A DNA stretch of 49,795 nucleotides, the filler included, from Sphacelaria rigidula (taxonomy: Eukaryota): the NCBI GenBank assembly GCA_964200075.2. It is 3 parts of 3 records of this genome, joined end to end, with 100 filler letters (N's around TTAATTAATTAA, not from the genome) between each part and the next. Parts side by side here need not be neighbours in the genome. Positions count along the whole stretch, not along the records: positions 33,274 to 49,795 come from CAXNAA020001323.1; 2 more parts are not named here. One strand, given 5' to 3'. The notes beneath the pieces are model-generated. The model was given only the letters and a program-made list of their open reading frames with translations. It ran no database searches and was not told the origin of the DNA. Below are positions 48,563 through 49,795 of the stretch, piece by piece. Both the position numbers and the translations under genes were made by a program. The stretch's first letter is position 1. Each line of letters starts with the position of its first letter.

Positions 48563-48790
48563 CTGTAACACGAGAGAATGTTCCATGTCTTCGCTCCATA
48601 CGACGTACTTCCTCGTTGACTTCGAGCCTGAGGGCGTGAACGTGCTCTTCGTAGAGCTGCCCTGTGTGCGTTCGAGTGCTGAAGCAGGTGCATCATTGCT
48701 CCCGCTGGGTGTGACGCTCAGGTCCAGAGGATGCTCGATCGCTCCCACCGCCATCTCCACCTCAGTTGGGAAAGAACCTCCTCCACTCAT
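48563..48790 (-). pseudogene. Candidate first exon of a second Myb/SANT-like Harbinger accessory gene
   Basis: ATG-initiated S/T/P-rich 76 codons ending RKYVVWSEDMEHSLVLQ at a CAG/GTGAAG donor. Confidence 0.45.
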
Positions 48791-49166
48791 GATGTCGATA
48801 TTGATTCCTGGGACGTTCATCTTCGATGTGTGCTCTCTACTACTTGTGTGTGAGTGATATCCTTCAAATCCTTCGAAGTTTGTCCGATAACATGGGTATC
48901 TCACCCCTTAAAACAGGGTACCCTTCGTTAAAAAGTTGTTCCAAATATATTTGTACGCCACAACATTGCTCGTGGAATACTTTCTCCAATAAAGTCTTTT
49001 TGCAAAAGGATATTTACAACAGGCTGGGCCAACCCAGAGACGGAGCTACTGTACGTCCAATGACGACAGGATACATCGCACAGAACCGAAACTAGGGTTG
49101 CTCATCAACTCTTCGGGGGGGTTGATTTGATATTTGTTTTTTTCTTCCAAATCGGCTTGATTCAAG

Positions 49167-49386
49167 AGAGGTATCTCAATCTCGGCTCCCGCGCTATCCT
49201 GGTTTATTCGCTGACTCTGAGTTGCGTAACATTTTTTCAAGTGAAAGTGGCTGCGATTCATAGGAGAACCTGACCTGGCGGCCAAAGGGTATCATCATCA
49301 TCTATCTGATGAATAGGTATCACTTCCACTTGAAAAAATAGAACAAAATAAACCACGATACCGGTAGCCGAGTTTGAGATACCTCT
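49167..49386. mobile_element. MITE
   Basis: AGAGGTATCTCAA(T/A)CTCGGCT inverted at both ends, plus inner TTTTTTCAAGTG / CACTTGAAAAAA. Confidence 0.8.
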
Positions 49387-49406
49387 AATAATAATCATGA
49401 TTATTA

Positions 49407-49485
49407 GGTCGTGTCTCATCAAATTGTTTTCGTGTAGAAAACGTGCGATCGAATCAAATTCCCTCGTTACTTTCTGATTCGACCA
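49407..49485 (+). mobile_element. Left TIR of a third Harbinger-type element (partner end outside the window)
   Basis: TTA followed by GGTCGTGTCTCATCAAATTGTTTT...GAAAACGTGCGATCGAATC, matching the TIRs of 46199-47836. Confidence 0.75.
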
Positions 49486-49795
49486 TGCTCTTTATTTTCT
49501 CAGATATATGATGGTTGAAAACATCAATGTAGAGCACACGAGTACGCAAACGCAAGCCCGCAGCAGCAGCACAGCAATCTTGTGTTCAGTATTTCAGCTC
49601 AATCAACCTGCTGCACATCGGTACTCAAGCACCGTATCTCCTTGCACTGCTGCTGTGTTTTACTTCGAAGCACTCTCAAATATGAAATATATTCGCCTCA
49701 ATTATGTCTGAACCCCACCCCCCCCCCCCCCCCCCCCCCCCCCACCATCACCCAACCCCGCATCCCGCGACGCCCGCAGACTGCATGTGGAGGTT

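Overview
Repeat-saturated eukaryotic DNA with no recognisable housekeeping gene, RNA gene or CRISPR array. The repeat style and GT-AG exon relics suggest a brown alga or other stramenopile, which is inference only. The window is three contigs joined by artificial 100-bp N-TTAATTAATTAA-N linkers (16538-16637, 33174-33273). The one clearly intact element is a very young Ty1/copia LTR retrotransposon (22517-29290, minus strand). It has a TGCTA target-site duplication (TSD), LTRs differing at two positions, a single 1536-aa gag-pol ORF, an extra 169-aa ORF before the 3' LTR and a half-tRNA-type primer site. The rest is a mosaic: a decayed, internally deleted Helitron; a decayed PIF/Harbinger transposase beside a spliced Myb/SANT-like gene whose two main exons are still open; nested Harbinger-type and Tc1/mariner-type non-autonomous elements; many fold-back MITEs; two tRNA-derived SINEs; LINE 3' ends; and microsatellites. 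The best leads are the copia extra ORF and primer site, a possible adenine-methyltransferase-like relic in a LINE-like 3' end, the Myb/SANT-like gene, and an unidentified spliced relic next to the Helitron. All protein-family calls on decayed sequence were made by eye and need HMM confirmation.
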